From positions 10,044,001 through 10,108,000 of the forward strand of contig NC_043016.1 in the NCBI RefSeq assembly GCF_006345805.1: a stretch of DNA of 64,000 nucleotides, read 5' to 3'. The notes below the pieces were generated by a model. It had not been told where the DNA came from. It did no database searches and worked only from the letters and a program-made list of their open reading frames with translations. Source of the stretch: Octopus sinensis (lineage: Eukaryota). The position numbers and the translations under genes were made by a program. Positions 11,907 through 24,686 of this stretch are shown piece after piece. Position 1 is the first letter of the stretch. Each line of letters starts with the position of its first letter.

Positions 11907-12129
11907 TGACTGCATAGAAAATGGAATGCCAGTATGGATGACAAAAAGGACAAAGGAAAGGGATAGGAAACCAGGAATTAGAACTGTTACTTGCTTATCA
12001 TTATTCAGGAAACTATTAACTGGCATCATAGCTGATGAAATTTGTAATTTTCTGGAAAAGGAGAATCTATTGCTATAGGAACAAAAGGGATATAGGAATA
12101 AATCAAGGGGATCTGTTGACCTGCTTTAT

Positions 12130-12322
12130 TTATTTCAGTCATGTGACTGTGGCCATGCTGGAGCACAGCCTTTTGGTCGAGCAAATTGACCCCAGGACTT
12201 ATTCTTTGTAAGCATAGTACTTATTCTATCGGTCTCTTTTGCCGAACTGCTAAGTTATGGGGACACTACCATCGGTTGTCAAGCGATGTTGGGGTGTGAC
12301 AAATATAGACACACAAACATAA

Positions 12323-12355
<33 letters not shown>

Positions 12356-13837
12356 CGAGGGGCGTTCAATAAGTAATGCCCCTGACCCATTTCCCATAGC
12401 AGTAGAGCAACGAAACTTGGCACAGTTATTAGTCTTTTTCTACATAGGAACCACCCAGAGTTACGCATTTCTCCCATCGTTTGATGCGGCTCTGGAGACT
12501 GTTTTTGTAGAAGAACCCAGCTTGGTCCTCCAACCTCAACGTGACTTCAGAAATCAAGGCTGCATCATCTGGAAAAACAATTTCATGATTGGGAAGAGGT
12601 GAAAATCAGAGGGTGCAAGGTCAGGAAAGTAGGGGGGATGGGGAGGAGTTCATAGCCATATACGCCTGTGCTTCTGATCTGGCGACAAGCGAGTTGTGGA
12701 CCGGAGCATTGTCCTGTCCTGCAGGAGGAGGATGCCTTGCTGATCTTGCCCCGCCTCTGATTTTGATAACTTCTCTTAATTCCCTCAAAAGTGAAGCATA
12801 ATAGGCTCCTCCTGCAATTGTGGTACCCTTTGCCAGGAAATCTGTCATCACTACTCCGTCCTGGTCCCAGAAGACTGTGAGCATGACCTTGCCAGCGGAG
12901 GGGGCTGCACCCTTGCCTTCTTTGGAGGGGGTGAGAGTCACGGTGCTTCCACTGCATTGACTGGGCTTGGGTCTCTGGATCATCGTGATGGACCCAGGTT
13001 TCATCCTGTGTAATCAGTCTTTTGAAAAATTTTGACTCATCTTCTTGGCACACATCTCCAAATTCACCCGAGCACTCGACGCGTTCTTGCTTCTTTCTTG
13101 CTTCTGGAAAGGCATGAGCAACCTGGGAATCCATCTGGCAGACACCTTTTGCATATGCAATGGTCATGAATGATAGTTTCCACAGAACCCGTACTAATCT
13201 TGACCTCATGGGCTATTTGGCGAATAATTATGCGTCGATCTTCCTCCAAAATGGCAGCCTCAACTTGACGGACAGATGCCTCATCAATGGCAGAAGGGGG
13301 TGACCAGATCTGGGAGCTGTTCCACAGAGTTCCGACCATGTTTGAATTCACGATGCCAGCGTTTTACAAGGTCATATGATGGGGCATCATCACCATAAGT
13401 TACTTTCATTTCATCAAAAGTCTCCCGTGGTGTGCATCCTTTCAAATACAAAAACTGGATCACTGCTTGACACTCAACAGGCTCCATTTCACACTTGACT
13501 CGGTTCAAACACCTGTAAATCAGAAACCACAATTAATTCAGAGCTGTAATTTGCCACTTACTCTATAGAGATATAAATGATTGCACAAAATTTCAGCTAG
13601 ATCAAACAACTGTAAGTGGGTCAGAGGCATTACTTATTGAACGTCCCTCGTACATACATATATACAATGGGCTTCTTTCAGTTTCCATCTACCAAATCCA
13701 CTCACAAGGATTTGGTCGGCCTGTGGCTATAGTAGAAGACACTTGCCCAAGGTGTCACGTAGTGGGACTGAACCCGGAACCATGTGGTTGGTAAGCAAGC
13801 TACTTACCACACAGCCACTCCTATGCCTATATCTGTA
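12130..13837 (-). mobile_element. SINE family A (hosting the mariner) flanked by a 20-bp TSD
   Basis: GATCTGTTGACCTGCTTTAT at 12110-12129 and 13838-13857; head at the right end, tail at the left end. Confidence 0.85.
12356..13650 (-). mobile_element. Full-length (1295 bp) mariner transposon with a frameshifted transposase
   Basis: TIRs CGAGGGGCGTTCAATAAGTAATGCCCCTGACCCA / TGGGTCAGAGGCATTACTTATTGAACGTCCCTCG; TA TSD; transposase from ATG at 13487 (MEPVEC..YGDDAPSY) to stop at about 12429, with WVHHxDPE, SAGKVMLTVFWD and QDNAPVH motifs. Confidence 0.95.
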
Positions 13838-14670
13838 GATCTGTTGACCTGCTTTATATAAATAGTTGGATATTAAATGAGGTATGGATAAGGAGGAAGA
13901 ATTTAGCTGTTGAATGGATAAATTACTGGAAGGCTTATGATAATGTCTCATGCAGTTGGTTCTTGGGGGGGGGGTGTCTGAGGATGCTTGGAGTCAACAA
14001 GAAGATGAACTTCAATCAATTAGATTACATATAATGAAAGGTACTAAAACTATTAACGTCAAGATTACTGAACATGAAAAGAGAAATTATGCAATGGGAT
14101 TATGAGCAGATGCAACAAAATGGCCATCAGCAAGAAAATTAACCCAGCAGTGTCTCTGTTCATTTGCAAGACAAAAAGATGGATGGAGTAGGACGGAATA
14201 CTACTTTAGGCTTTGCACATAAATGCCCATGATTTCTTCAAAAATCCTTCTCTATTCATCTGGGATTCTTTATGACTTCAGAGATATAAAAAAAAAACAT
14301 ACAAAAAAAAAGAAAACAACTCTAATGAACCAAAGACACAATTATACTCAGGTATTTCTCACGAAAAAAGCAACCTCTAGAACAACCGAACACACAGGAG
14401 GAACATTTTGATCTGATCTTCTGCTACTATGACCCTCTATGATTGCATTGAATATTACTGTCATCTTTGGGCTGGCACCTTCTCTGAAGGTCTTAACTTG
14501 CTTGATTGAATTCAGAATCAAGTTGCTAACATAATGGATCTTCTTCTTCCACCTAAGTTGGTGTCTTTGACACATCATTGGAATGTGTCTTCATTGTCTT
14601 TTCTATGAATACTTCCATGGTCATTGCTCTTATGAACTTACTGGTCTAGTACTGCCAAGGCCTTTAACCT

Positions 14671-14899
14671 TTAACCTCTTAGCATTCGAACCAGCCATAC
14701 CTGGCCCAAATATCCTACATGTTTTAATATTCAGGCATGGCTGATACAGCTTCTCACACCTACTCTGCAATGTCATTCTAAAAATAGACAAACACACCAT
14801 CAAAAACTTGAAACCCCAAGATAATGGATGATTCATTCAAAATAATGTGAATAAGCAATCATTCCATTTGATAGCATAATCTGAATATTAAAGGGTTAA
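14671..14899. mobile_element. piggyBac-type MITE
   Basis: TTAA|CCTCTTAGCATTC ... GAATATTAAAGGG|TTAA. Confidence 0.7.
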
Positions 14900-14999
14900 A
14901 CGTGTCATCTGCTTCCCTTCCTAGGTTTGCCATTTCCCTGTAGAGCTTCCTGTTTGTCACAAGTCCTTTTTTTCTCGTAGCTTTTTTTCTTTGAACTCT

Positions 15000-15208
15000 T
15001 TACTCTTTTTCTCTTTTACTTGTTTCAGTCATTTGACTGTGGCCATGCTGGAGCACCGCCTTTAGTCGAGCAAATCGACCCCGGGACTTATTCTTTGTAA
15101 GCCCACTTATTCTATCGGTCTCTTTTGCCGAACCGCTAAGTGACGGGAACGTAAACACACCAGCATCGGTTGTCAAGCAATGCTTGGGGGACAAATACAA
15201 ACACACAA

Positions 15209-15253
<45 letters not shown>

Positions 15254-15412
15254 TACGACAGGCTTCTTTCAGTTTCCGTCTACCACTCACAAGGCATTGG
15301 TCGGCCCGGGGCTATAGCAGAAGACACTTACCCAAGATGCCACGCAGTGGGACTGAACCCGCAACCATGTGGTTGGTTAGCAAGCTACTTACCACACAGC
15401 CACTCCTGCGCC
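15000..15412 (-). mobile_element. Young full-length SINE family A
   Basis: Complete head, internal (TA)n(TG)n and tail; CpGs retained. Confidence 0.9.
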
Positions 15413-16289
15413 TTCTGGAATTAAACTACCATTGTCTTGTTTTCCTCTGGTCTAGAATATTCAGTTCTTTAAGCTTTCAGTCAATTGTCATCTTTTGAAT
15501 TTGTAAGATCCTTCTTTCCCTTCTTTGTAGTCCCTTTACGCTACAGTGGCATCAATTTTTGTTTAGGAGAAAAACCAAAAGATAAAAAAAACTGGTATTT
15601 ACTTGTCTATGTGTATGGATGGAAAATTCATCGGAAAAATGTGAGAAGTGATATAACAATAAAATAATTTTTAGAACGAGGCATCATTATCACAATGGAT
15701 AGTAACAAAGGAAAACATTCTCTTAAAAAATTGGTTGTATGCCAAATAATGAAATTTCAAAGCAATGAGGATTTCATAGGTTTTGAGTGAAAACATTTTT
15801 GTGGGTTCAAGAATTTTTTTCGTTTTGATATTTTGAGATTTTTTTTGTGTCTGAAAAATTATATTCTTTATTAATGTCTGGAGCAAATTTTTTAAAGATT
15901 TTACTAATGGGATTTGTTATAAGGGTACATTTTACTAATGGGATTTGTTATAACGGTACATTATAAACCCCAAACAATACAGTAATTAATGTGAAATTAA
16001 TTTGATAATTTAAATGCTGTGTAGTAAGAAGTTTGCTTCCCAACCACATGGTTCCAAATTCAGACCCAATGCATGGCACCTTGTGCAAGTGTCTTCTACT
16101 AAAGCCTTAGACCAACCAGAATTTTATGAATGGATTTGGTTGATGGAAACTGAAAGAAGCCTGTCGTATATATATATATATATATAATATTACAAAATTA
16201 GAGAATGGAGAAACATACTTAAATCAATAAAACATCAACTATCAGATGATACCCAATCAATACTTTAATACACCATTACATATCAGTAA

Positions 16290-16539
16290 CAATTCAAAAT
16301 GAACAATTAAATTACACCATCTAGAAAATTACATATAATAGAAATATTAAAATTAAAATAACAATAAAATACCAATGATTAAGTAAATTGACAAAATAAT
16401 AAAATGCATATAATGGTATGTTTTATTATTTTTTGCAATTTACTTAATCATTGGTATTTTATTGTTATTTTAATTTTAATATTTCTATTATATTATTTAA
16501 TTTTCTAGATGGTGTAATTTAATTGTTCATTTTGAATTG
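16290..16539. repeat. Imperfect palindrome of about 250 bp within a SINE's (TA)n region
   Basis: Arms of about 115 bp, CAATTCAAAATGAACAATTAAATTACACCATCTAGAAAATT... and its reverse complement, with few mismatches or indels. Confidence 0.9.
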
Positions 16540-17207
16540 ATAAAAGGTGGTTCTTTCTAATTTTTTTTAGATATATTATATTGTGTGAAATTTGATTTAG
16601 TATTTCTAAATTGAATTTTTTCCCTGTAAGTTAGGATTAATATTCCCTCAAATAATTCATTCACCTCACCGCACCCTTTGTATATACACATACATATACA
16701 TAAATACACACACAACACACACACACACAAATATGTAAATATCTATATGTGTTTGTCTTTGTATCTGTGTTTATCTCCTATCATTGCTCAACAACTGGTG
16801 TTGGTGTGTTTACATCCCTGTCACTTAGCAGCTTGGCAAAAGGGACTGACAGAATAAGTACCAGGCTTAAAAAGAATAAGTATTGGGGGGGTCGCTTTGT
16901 TTATCTAAAATTCTCAAACGCAGAGCCCCAGGGTAACATCTATCTGGTGCAGTACTTATTCTTTAAATTTTTTTGAAGACTTAAGTATAGCCTTTCCTTC
17001 AACATAAGGGTGTATCATATAGACCTGTGTATCATATACCCACCAAAATGCAGTAATTAATATGAAATTAATTTGTTAATTTGTACTAATTTGATGGTCT
17101 GGTGGCTGAATTGTTAGAGTCTCACACAAAAATATTAAGTTATGTCCATTTATGTTTCAAGTTCAAATCCTGTTTGATTCTGCTTTTCATCCAATATAAT
17201 ACCCTAG

Positions 17208-17400
17208 GTTAGTACTTTTATATGAAGTGAGCCCAGAAGAGTTGATAGGCAAAGTTGGCTTAAAAGGATTTGATCTCAAAGCACATATAATCAAAATAAA
17301 TGCCACAATGCATTCTAACAAACATTGTAACAAATTTTGCCAATTAATAGTTTTTTGCTTGTTATGTTTACTTTTTTGCTTTGCAAGATTCTTGATGTGA
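17208..17400 (+). CDS. Candidate terminal coding exon with a hydrophobic C-terminus
   Basis: Acceptor-like ..TTTTCATCCAATATAATACCCTAG|G; 63 open codons LVLLYEVSPEELIGKVG...LIVFCLLCLLFCFARFLM*; in-frame stop just upstream of the acceptor; ATTAAA at 17464. No homology recognised. Confidence 0.3.
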
Positions 17401-17979
17401 AATTGTGTATTGAAACATATATTGTTATACTTCGGAATGGTCATCTTTTTACCTTTTTTACCAATTAAACATTTGCACTATTTATTCGATCTTCATTTTA
17501 GCTTTTATTTTGTATTATTTTTGATGCAAGTACAGTGTGACATACAAACCTATATACACGTACAAAGGACACATGTATTAAACACGTAGACTCACACACA
17601 CACACATGAAAACATTACACACAAACACGCACAACACACACACACATGCGCCCATACATACATGTGCACACACACACATGCGCACACACACATATGCGCA
17701 CACACACACATGTGCACGCACACATGCATACACACAAGTGCACACACACATGCACACACACACATGCACACACACACATGCGCACACACACATGCACACA
17801 CACACGCGCACACACACACATGCGCACACACATACATGTGCAGATAGAGATACATACCACAGAAGGACAAAATGAAATAAAGTGGATGAAAAGAGATACA
17901 AAGGTCAGAGAGAGAGTCACTGATTGAGGTCACAGAATGTGTGAAGAAATATCTTTGGCAGGCATAAACCAAAAATAGT

Positions 17980-18770
17980 ACGAACAAGAACACTCAGAGA
18001 GTGCAAACCTCCACCAAGGCAACACCAGTGTCCTCTCAGCAATTAGCTAGAGATGATTTTTAAAATGGGAATATCTGAAATAAACTCGACTGCTCTCACA
18101 AATGAGAATACTAAAAAGGAACCTGACCGCTCTCAAAAATTAAGTAAAAAAAAAAAAAATCCATAGGCGCAGGAGTAAGTAGCCTGTCTACCAACCACAT
18201 GGTTCCGGGTTCAGTCCCACTGCGTGGCACCTTGGGCAAGTGTCTTCTACTATAGCCTCGGGCCGACCAAAGCCTTGCGAGTGGATTTGGTAGATGGAAA
18301 CTGAAAGAAGCCCGTCGTATATATGTATATATATATATATATATGTATGCATGTGTGTGTTTGTGTGTCTGTGTTTGTCCCCATAGCATCGCTTGCAACC
18401 GATGCTGGTGTGTTTATGTCCCCGTCACTTAGTGGTTCGGCAAAAGAGACCGATAGAATAAGTACTGGGCTTACAAAAGAATAAGTTCCGGGGTCGAGTT
18501 GCTCGATTAAAGGCGGTGCTCCAGCATGGCCGCAGTCAAATGACTGAAACAAGTAAAAGAGTAAAAGAGAGAGTAAAGAGAATCCTTGTCTGGAACTGGA
18601 TTGATCCCAAAATCTAATGTGACTGCCAGTCATGAGGCCAAACATCCTGAAAGTTTGATCCGAATCCATCCTGTGGTTCTTGAGATATCTTGTCCAAAGA
18701 CAAACAAACAAATATGACTGACAACAATACCTCACCCTTCGCTAAGGCGGGGTGAAGGTCAAATAAATAG
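17980..18770 (+). mobile_element. Helentron/HINE-like element interrupted by a full SINE A (about 18165-18580)
   Basis: 5' AACAAGAACACTCAGAGAGTGCAAACCTCCACCAAGGC; 3' (ACAA)n followed by hairpin CCTCACCC..GGGGTGAAGG. Confidence 0.5.
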
Positions 18771-19041
18771 AGTTTCTGTTTAATTGGCACTCCACTCCCA
18801 ACCAACTCCAAGTATAACAACATCGTCTATATTTCTATACGGTGTATTGAGATGTAATAATTGCAATAATCCATTACGGTTCCATTGTGTAATCTATCTA
18901 CCATTTTTCTGTTTAGATTATCGTCAACGTTATCTTTCACTCATATTCTGAGAGTAATGACACCACATCGAAGATCCTATTTAATTCTTCATGGCGTTTG
19001 GTTCTAAAACAAATTGGAATAGTTTATCAAAGATTCTCAGC

Positions 19042-19141
19042 NNNNNNNNNNNNNNNNNNNNNNNNNNNNNNNNNNNNNNNNNNNNNNNNNNNNNNNNNNN
19101 NNNNNNNNNNNNNNNNNNNNNNNNNNNNNNNNNNNNNNNNN
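19042..19141. other. Assembly gap (100 N)
   Basis: Run of exactly 100 N, probably an unsized gap. Confidence 1.
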
Positions 19142-21062
19142 GCCACAGTGCAATGACTGAAACAGTAAAAGATAAAGATATACGGGGATTGATTTGTTCA
19201 ACTAAAACCTTCCAGGTGGTGCCCCAGCATGGCCACAGTGCAATGACTGAAACAAGTAAAGATAAAATATACTTGGGATTGATTTGTTCAACTAAACCCT
19301 TCCAGGTGGTGCCCCAGCATGGCCACAGTCCAATGACTGAAACAAGTAAAAGATAAAAGTTATACTGGGATAGATTTGTTCAACTAAAACCCTTCAAGGT
19401 GGTGCCCCAGCATGGCCACAGTCCAATGACTGAACAAGTAAAAGATAAAAGATATACTGGGATTGATTTGTTCAACTAAACCCTTCAAGGTGTGCCCCAG
19501 CATGGCCACAGTCCAATGACTGAAACAAGTAAAGATAAAAGATATACTGGATTGATTTGTTCACACCAAAACCCTTCAGGTGGTGCCCCAGCATGGCCAG
19601 TCCAATGACTGAAACAAGTAAAAGATAAAAGATATACTGGGATTGATTTGTTCAACTAAAACACTTCAAGGTGGTGCCCCAGCATGGCCACAGTCCAATG
19701 ACTGAAACAAAAAAAGATAAAAGATATACTGGGATTGATTTGTTCAACTAAAACCCTTCAAGGTGGTGCCCGCATGGCCAGTCCAATGACTGAAACAAGT
19801 AAAAGATAAAAATATACTGGATTGATTTGTTCAACTAAAACCCTTCAAGGTGGTGCCCCAGCATGGCCACATCTAATGACTGAAACAAGTAAACGATAAA
19901 AGATATACTGGGATTGATTTGTTCAACTAAAACCCTTCAAGGTGTGCCCCAGCATGGCCACAGTCCCATGAGTGAAACAAGTAAAAGATAAATATACTGG
20001 GATTGATTTGTTCAACTAAAACCCTTCAAGGTGGTGCCCCAGCATGCCACAGTCCAATGACTGAAACAAGAAAAAGATAAAAGATATACTGGGATTGATT
20101 TGTTCAACTAAAACCCTTCAAGTGGTGCCCCAGCATGGCCACAGTCCAATGACTGAAAACAAAAAAATAAAAATATACTGGGATTGATTTGTTCAACTAA
20201 AACACTTCAAGGTGTGCCCCAGCATGGCCAGAGTCCATGACTGAAACAAGAAAAAGATAAAAGATATACTGGGATTGATTTGTTCACTAAAACCCTTCAA
20301 GGTGGTGCCCCAGCATGGCCACAGTCTAATGACTGAAACAAGTAAACGATAAAAGATATCTACTGGGATTGATTTGTTCAACTAAACCCTTCAAGGTGGT
20401 GCCCCAGCATGGCCACAGTCTAATGACTGAAACAAGTAAACGATAAAAGATATACTGGGATTGATTTGTTCAACTAAAACCTTCAAGTGGTGCCCCAGCA
20501 TGCCACAGTCCAATGAGTGAAACAAGTAATAGATAAAAGATATACTGGGATTGATTTGTTCAACTAAAACACTTCAAGGTGGTGCCCCAGCATGGCCGAG
20601 TCCAATGACTGAAACAAGAAAAAGATAAAAGATATACTGGGATTGATTTGTTCAACTAAAACCCTTCAAGGTGGTGCCCGCATGGCCACAGTCCATGACT
20701 GAAACAAGTAAAAGATAAAGATATACTGGGATTGATTTGTTCAACTAAAACCCTTCAAGGTGGGCCCCAGCATGGCCAGAGTCCAATGACTGAAACAAGT
20801 AAAAGATAAAGATATACTGGGATTGATTTGTTCAACTAAAACCCTTCAAGGTGGTGCCCCAGCATGGCCACAGTCCAATGTAAACAAGTAAAAGATAAAA
20901 TATACTCTGGGATTGATTTGTTCAACTAAAACCCTTCAAGGTGGTGCCCCAGCATGGCCACAGTCCAATGAGTGAAACAAGTAATAGATAAAAGATATAC
21001 TGGGATTGATTTGTTCAACTAAAACACTTCAAGGTGGTGATCCAGCATGGCCACAGTGCAAT
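19142..21062 (+). repeat. Tandem array of the 93-bp SINE 3' tail, about 21 copies
   Basis: Unit GCCACAGTCCAATGACTGAAACAAGTAAAAGATAAAAGATATACTGGGATTGATTTGTTCAACTAAAACCCTTCAAGGTGGTGCCCCAGCATG; many 1-bp indels; begins at the gap. Confidence 0.95.
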
Positions 21063-21190
21063 GGCTGGCATAAGTAGTGAATTAATAAAAGGCAAAAAAA
21101 GCAAAAGATTTATTTATTTATTGTTATTGGAATCGGTAAAAATTGAACAAATACTTGGAAGATATGTTGAGGGGCCGAGTAGGTAATGAC

Positions 21191-21239
<49 letters not shown>

Positions 21240-21429
21240 AACTTTAAAAACAGCAACAACAGTATAAAAACAATAACAGTGTTTTGAAAGATTCATTGAT
21301 TAAATTTTTTAGAATTGCAGGAAAAAAAAAAAGAAAAAAAGAAAAGGAAAAGAAAAAAGATTAATTTGCCTAAAGCAACACCTGTTGAAAAAGAGAAGGA
21401 AACAAAAAAGCCATTACTGAAATAAGAAA

Positions 21430-22160
21430 TTAAAGCTTAGCATCAATGTGTGTGTATGAGTGTGTGTGTGTCTGCATGGTTTTGTGTATGTATATGTGTA
21501 TATGTGTGTCTGTATAAATGTGTGTGTGTGTGTATGTGTGTGTATGTAAGTGTATGTATGAATGTGTGTGTGTCTGCATGGTTTTGTGTGTATAAATGTG
21601 TATGTGTGTGTGTGTGTTTTCAAACGTTTTCAAATTAATGTTAACTCTCAAATTATTTCCTGTGTATATTTATTGCTTTTTAAGCTAATGTATGTGTATG
21701 TGTGTGTATTTGTGTCTGTGTGATGTGTGTATGTATGTATATGTGACACATGTATATGATGCATGTGTGTGTGTATAAGTGTGTTTTTTAATAAGTTAGA
21801 ACTTGAGTTAAATTATTTCTTAAATATATATATATATATTTTTTTTTAAAGTCAGTATGCATATATGTGCGTGTGTTTGCGTGTGTTTGCATGTTTATGT
21901 AGTGTGTGTTGTGTGTGGGTGGGTGTGTGAATGAGTGCGTATGAATGTGTGTGTAAGTGTGTAGTGCATGTGAGAGTGAGTGTGTAAGAGCTTGTGTATG
22001 TGTGCATGTGTGTAGTATAGTGTGTGCATGTGTGAATGTTTTTGGTGTGTATGTGTGAGCGAACCTGTGCCAGAGAGTGTGTGAATGTGTGTGTTTGTAT
22101 GTAGTGAAGTGTTTGTGTGTGTAGTGTAGTGTGTTTGTGTGTGTATGTGCCTTCTGTAGT
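21430..22160. repeat. Cryptic (GT)n-rich tract
   Basis: Direct inspection. Confidence 0.9.
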
Positions 22161-23864
22161 AAATTAGAGGTTAAGACAAATAACATCTCAAATCTATTTA
22201 TTGCTTTTTTTTTGTGTCTTTGCATTTTTGTATCAATACCGTTTCTGTTTTACATTTCCATTCAATTCAAAGTCTACTTATTTAACAGCAACAGCTAAAT
22301 AGAAATGATGCACTGTACTAGAAGAATGCTTAGACCCACATCCATAACTGTACCAACATGTTTTGCTGATTGGGTGATGGTAAATTTCTTTCAGAATGCG
22401 ACACCAACCAGTCATATTGCATGGGGCAAGTCCTGTACATGATCCATTAGCTTTTCATTGCAGTTTATCTTTCAGTAGTTTTTTCCTCAATTAGAATTGT
22501 CATAGAGTAAGCAAAACCACAATATCAATAGAATTATTGCATAGTGAAACTGTATACTTCTCCTGGTAAAAAGTAGTAGGAACCAGCCATTATAAATAGT
22601 CGGTCATCAAGAGAAGGTTGAGAGTCGAAGAGTTGACAGTTGACAGTTCTAGTCAGTATCTAGTGGAGCTAGCAGCAATTGTAAGACAGAAGCTAGTGTA
22701 TTACTCTTCTGGTACAAAGAGATACAATGGTATCCGATGACTAGCAACTGTTGTGGCTACTAGCATAAAACAGAAACTACAGTACAACGGCAGTTACACA
22801 TCACACCATTGGGAGGAACCCACCTTACAACAAAAATCAACAACAACAACAACAACAGCATTGGCAAGTTTCCTTGTATCTGGCCCATTTGTCTATCCAA
22901 ATGGCAAGATCTATGTAGACTGACATCTATTAACCATACCCTTCTAAAGATGGGCCTTTGTGCCTGAAATATATAAAGATTTGCCAGCTTACTTTTTTGC
23001 ATTGTTTAGAAACTCTTCTTTTTTTTTTCTAGTTTATTATTCTACTTCTCAAGAAGATCCGTACTCCACTGCAGAAGTTTTAAGACCGATCCTTCTGGTT
23101 GTGTAAATCACTCATGGTGGTGTCACATAAAAGTGCTTGTGCGGTGCCACATAAAAGCTTCCATGTGGCATCTTCAACACTGCCTTGGAACTTCCCACTG
23201 CCTCGGGGTGGGGGTGGGGGGAATACCACCTGGTTTGAGAACCAGTGTTCTAGTTTGACTTAAATCACATCTCCGCTTGACCAATCAATGCTTGTTGTAT
23301 TTTTCATCGGTCAACAACCTGAAATGCTGGGGTTGTTTTGAAATCCCTACTTCATTGACCTTGAAAGGATGAAATGCAAAGAAAACCAGAGTGGCATTTT
23401 AACTTAAACGTAAAGATAAACGAAATGCTACCAAGCACTCCTATGGTGGTGCTCCAGCATGACCACAGCTGCATGGCTGAAACTAGTAAAAGAATAAAAA
23501 TTCTGCCAGCTAGTCACCTTAAACAGGAACCAAAACAATATAAGATTTTTTTGTTACAAAGCAAAAGTTTTAACTGCATTTCTTCTGTCTCTTTATGTTC
23601 TGAGTTCAAATCCTGCCAGAGTCAACTTTGTCATTTTTTAAATATATTTTTGGGATCTTTTATCTTTTATCTTCTTTCAGTCATTTGAGTGCAGCCATGT
23701 TGGGGCACCGCCTTGAAGGATTTTGGTTGAACAAATCGATGTTAGGACTTATTTTTATAGGCTAGTACTTATTCTATTGGGCTCTTTTGCCGAATCGCTA
23801 AGCTATAGGGACATAAACACACCAACACCAGTTGTCAAGTGGTGGTGGAAACACACACACACAA

Positions 23865-23935
<71 letters not shown>

Positions 23936-24686
23936 GGAAACTTCTTTCAGTTTCCGTCTACCAAATCCATTCACAAGGCTTTGTTCAGCCCGAGGCAATA
24001 GTAGAAGGCACTTGCCCAAGGTGCCACGCAGTGAGACTGAACCCAGACCCATTTGACTGGAAAGCAAGCTTCTCACCACATAGCTGTGCCTGAAAGTATC
24101 AGTCAAGTACTGGAGGTGGCTGGAATCAGTGTAATTGATTTTAAAAAAATGTTTTTGTCCACTCTCTTCAAAATTGCTGGCCTTGACACCCTGCAATTCA
24201 CTGGCATTCAGTTTAGGGGAAATGTAGTGATCTCAGTTGCTTATACACCATGGAAACCAGGTAAGCAACCTTAGGAGTTTTAGTGCTCAAGAAAAAAAGT
24301 AGATATCTGGATGGCTGGATGGCCAGATGGACAAACAGACAGCTGGCTAGATGGACAGATGGATGCATGGATAGACATGCAGACAGGGGATGGAATGGCT
24401 GAATGGATGGGCAAAACAATGGACTAGTGGATGGATGGACAGATGAGTGGACAAATGAATGAGTAGGTTGGTGGACAGGTGGATGGCTGGATGGAAAGAT
24501 AGATGGACAGATAGACGGACGAGTGATCAAGTGAGTGGGTGGACAGATGGATGGACCGATCAGTTGATTGATTTCGTTTATCTTAAACTCAAATGACTTT
24601 TCCGATATATCAGTAACATCATCATCATCATCGTTTAATGTCCGCTTTCCATGCTAGCATGGGTTGGACTGTCAGAATGTCAGCAT

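Larger units (their letters stand above)
9410..14060 (+). pseudogene. Decayed R4/Dong-like non-LTR retrotransposon, split by later insertions
   Basis: Collinear pieces: MPDAEE (~9700), KIPNWKVPG (10022-10048), VQGFW (~10930), VTCLSLFRKLLTGIIADEICNFLEKENLL*EQKGYRNKSRGSVDLL (11980-12129), RRKNLAVEWINYWKAYDNVSCSW (13885-13960). Confidence 0.75.

Noticed and set aside
14348-14640. Unique-looking sequence with a 76-aa minus-strand ORF and a CCA|GTAAGT donor
   Set aside because: No recognisable motif and no consistent acceptor-donor pair
18917-19041. Open frame IIVNVIFHSYSESNDTTSKILFNSSWRLVLKQ after an acceptor-like TTAG
   Set aside because: It runs into the gap, has only vague similarity to receptor TM segments, and the opposite strand has an equally vague RT-like YRNIDD; undecidable
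19142-21062. CRISPR-like appearance of the regular 93-bp and 252-bp arrays
   Set aside because: No unique spacers, eukaryotic context, no cas genes; units are SINE- or MITE-derived
22497-22800. Possible solo LTR (TG start, TATAAATA, CA end)
   Set aside because: No TSD, PBS or second copy found
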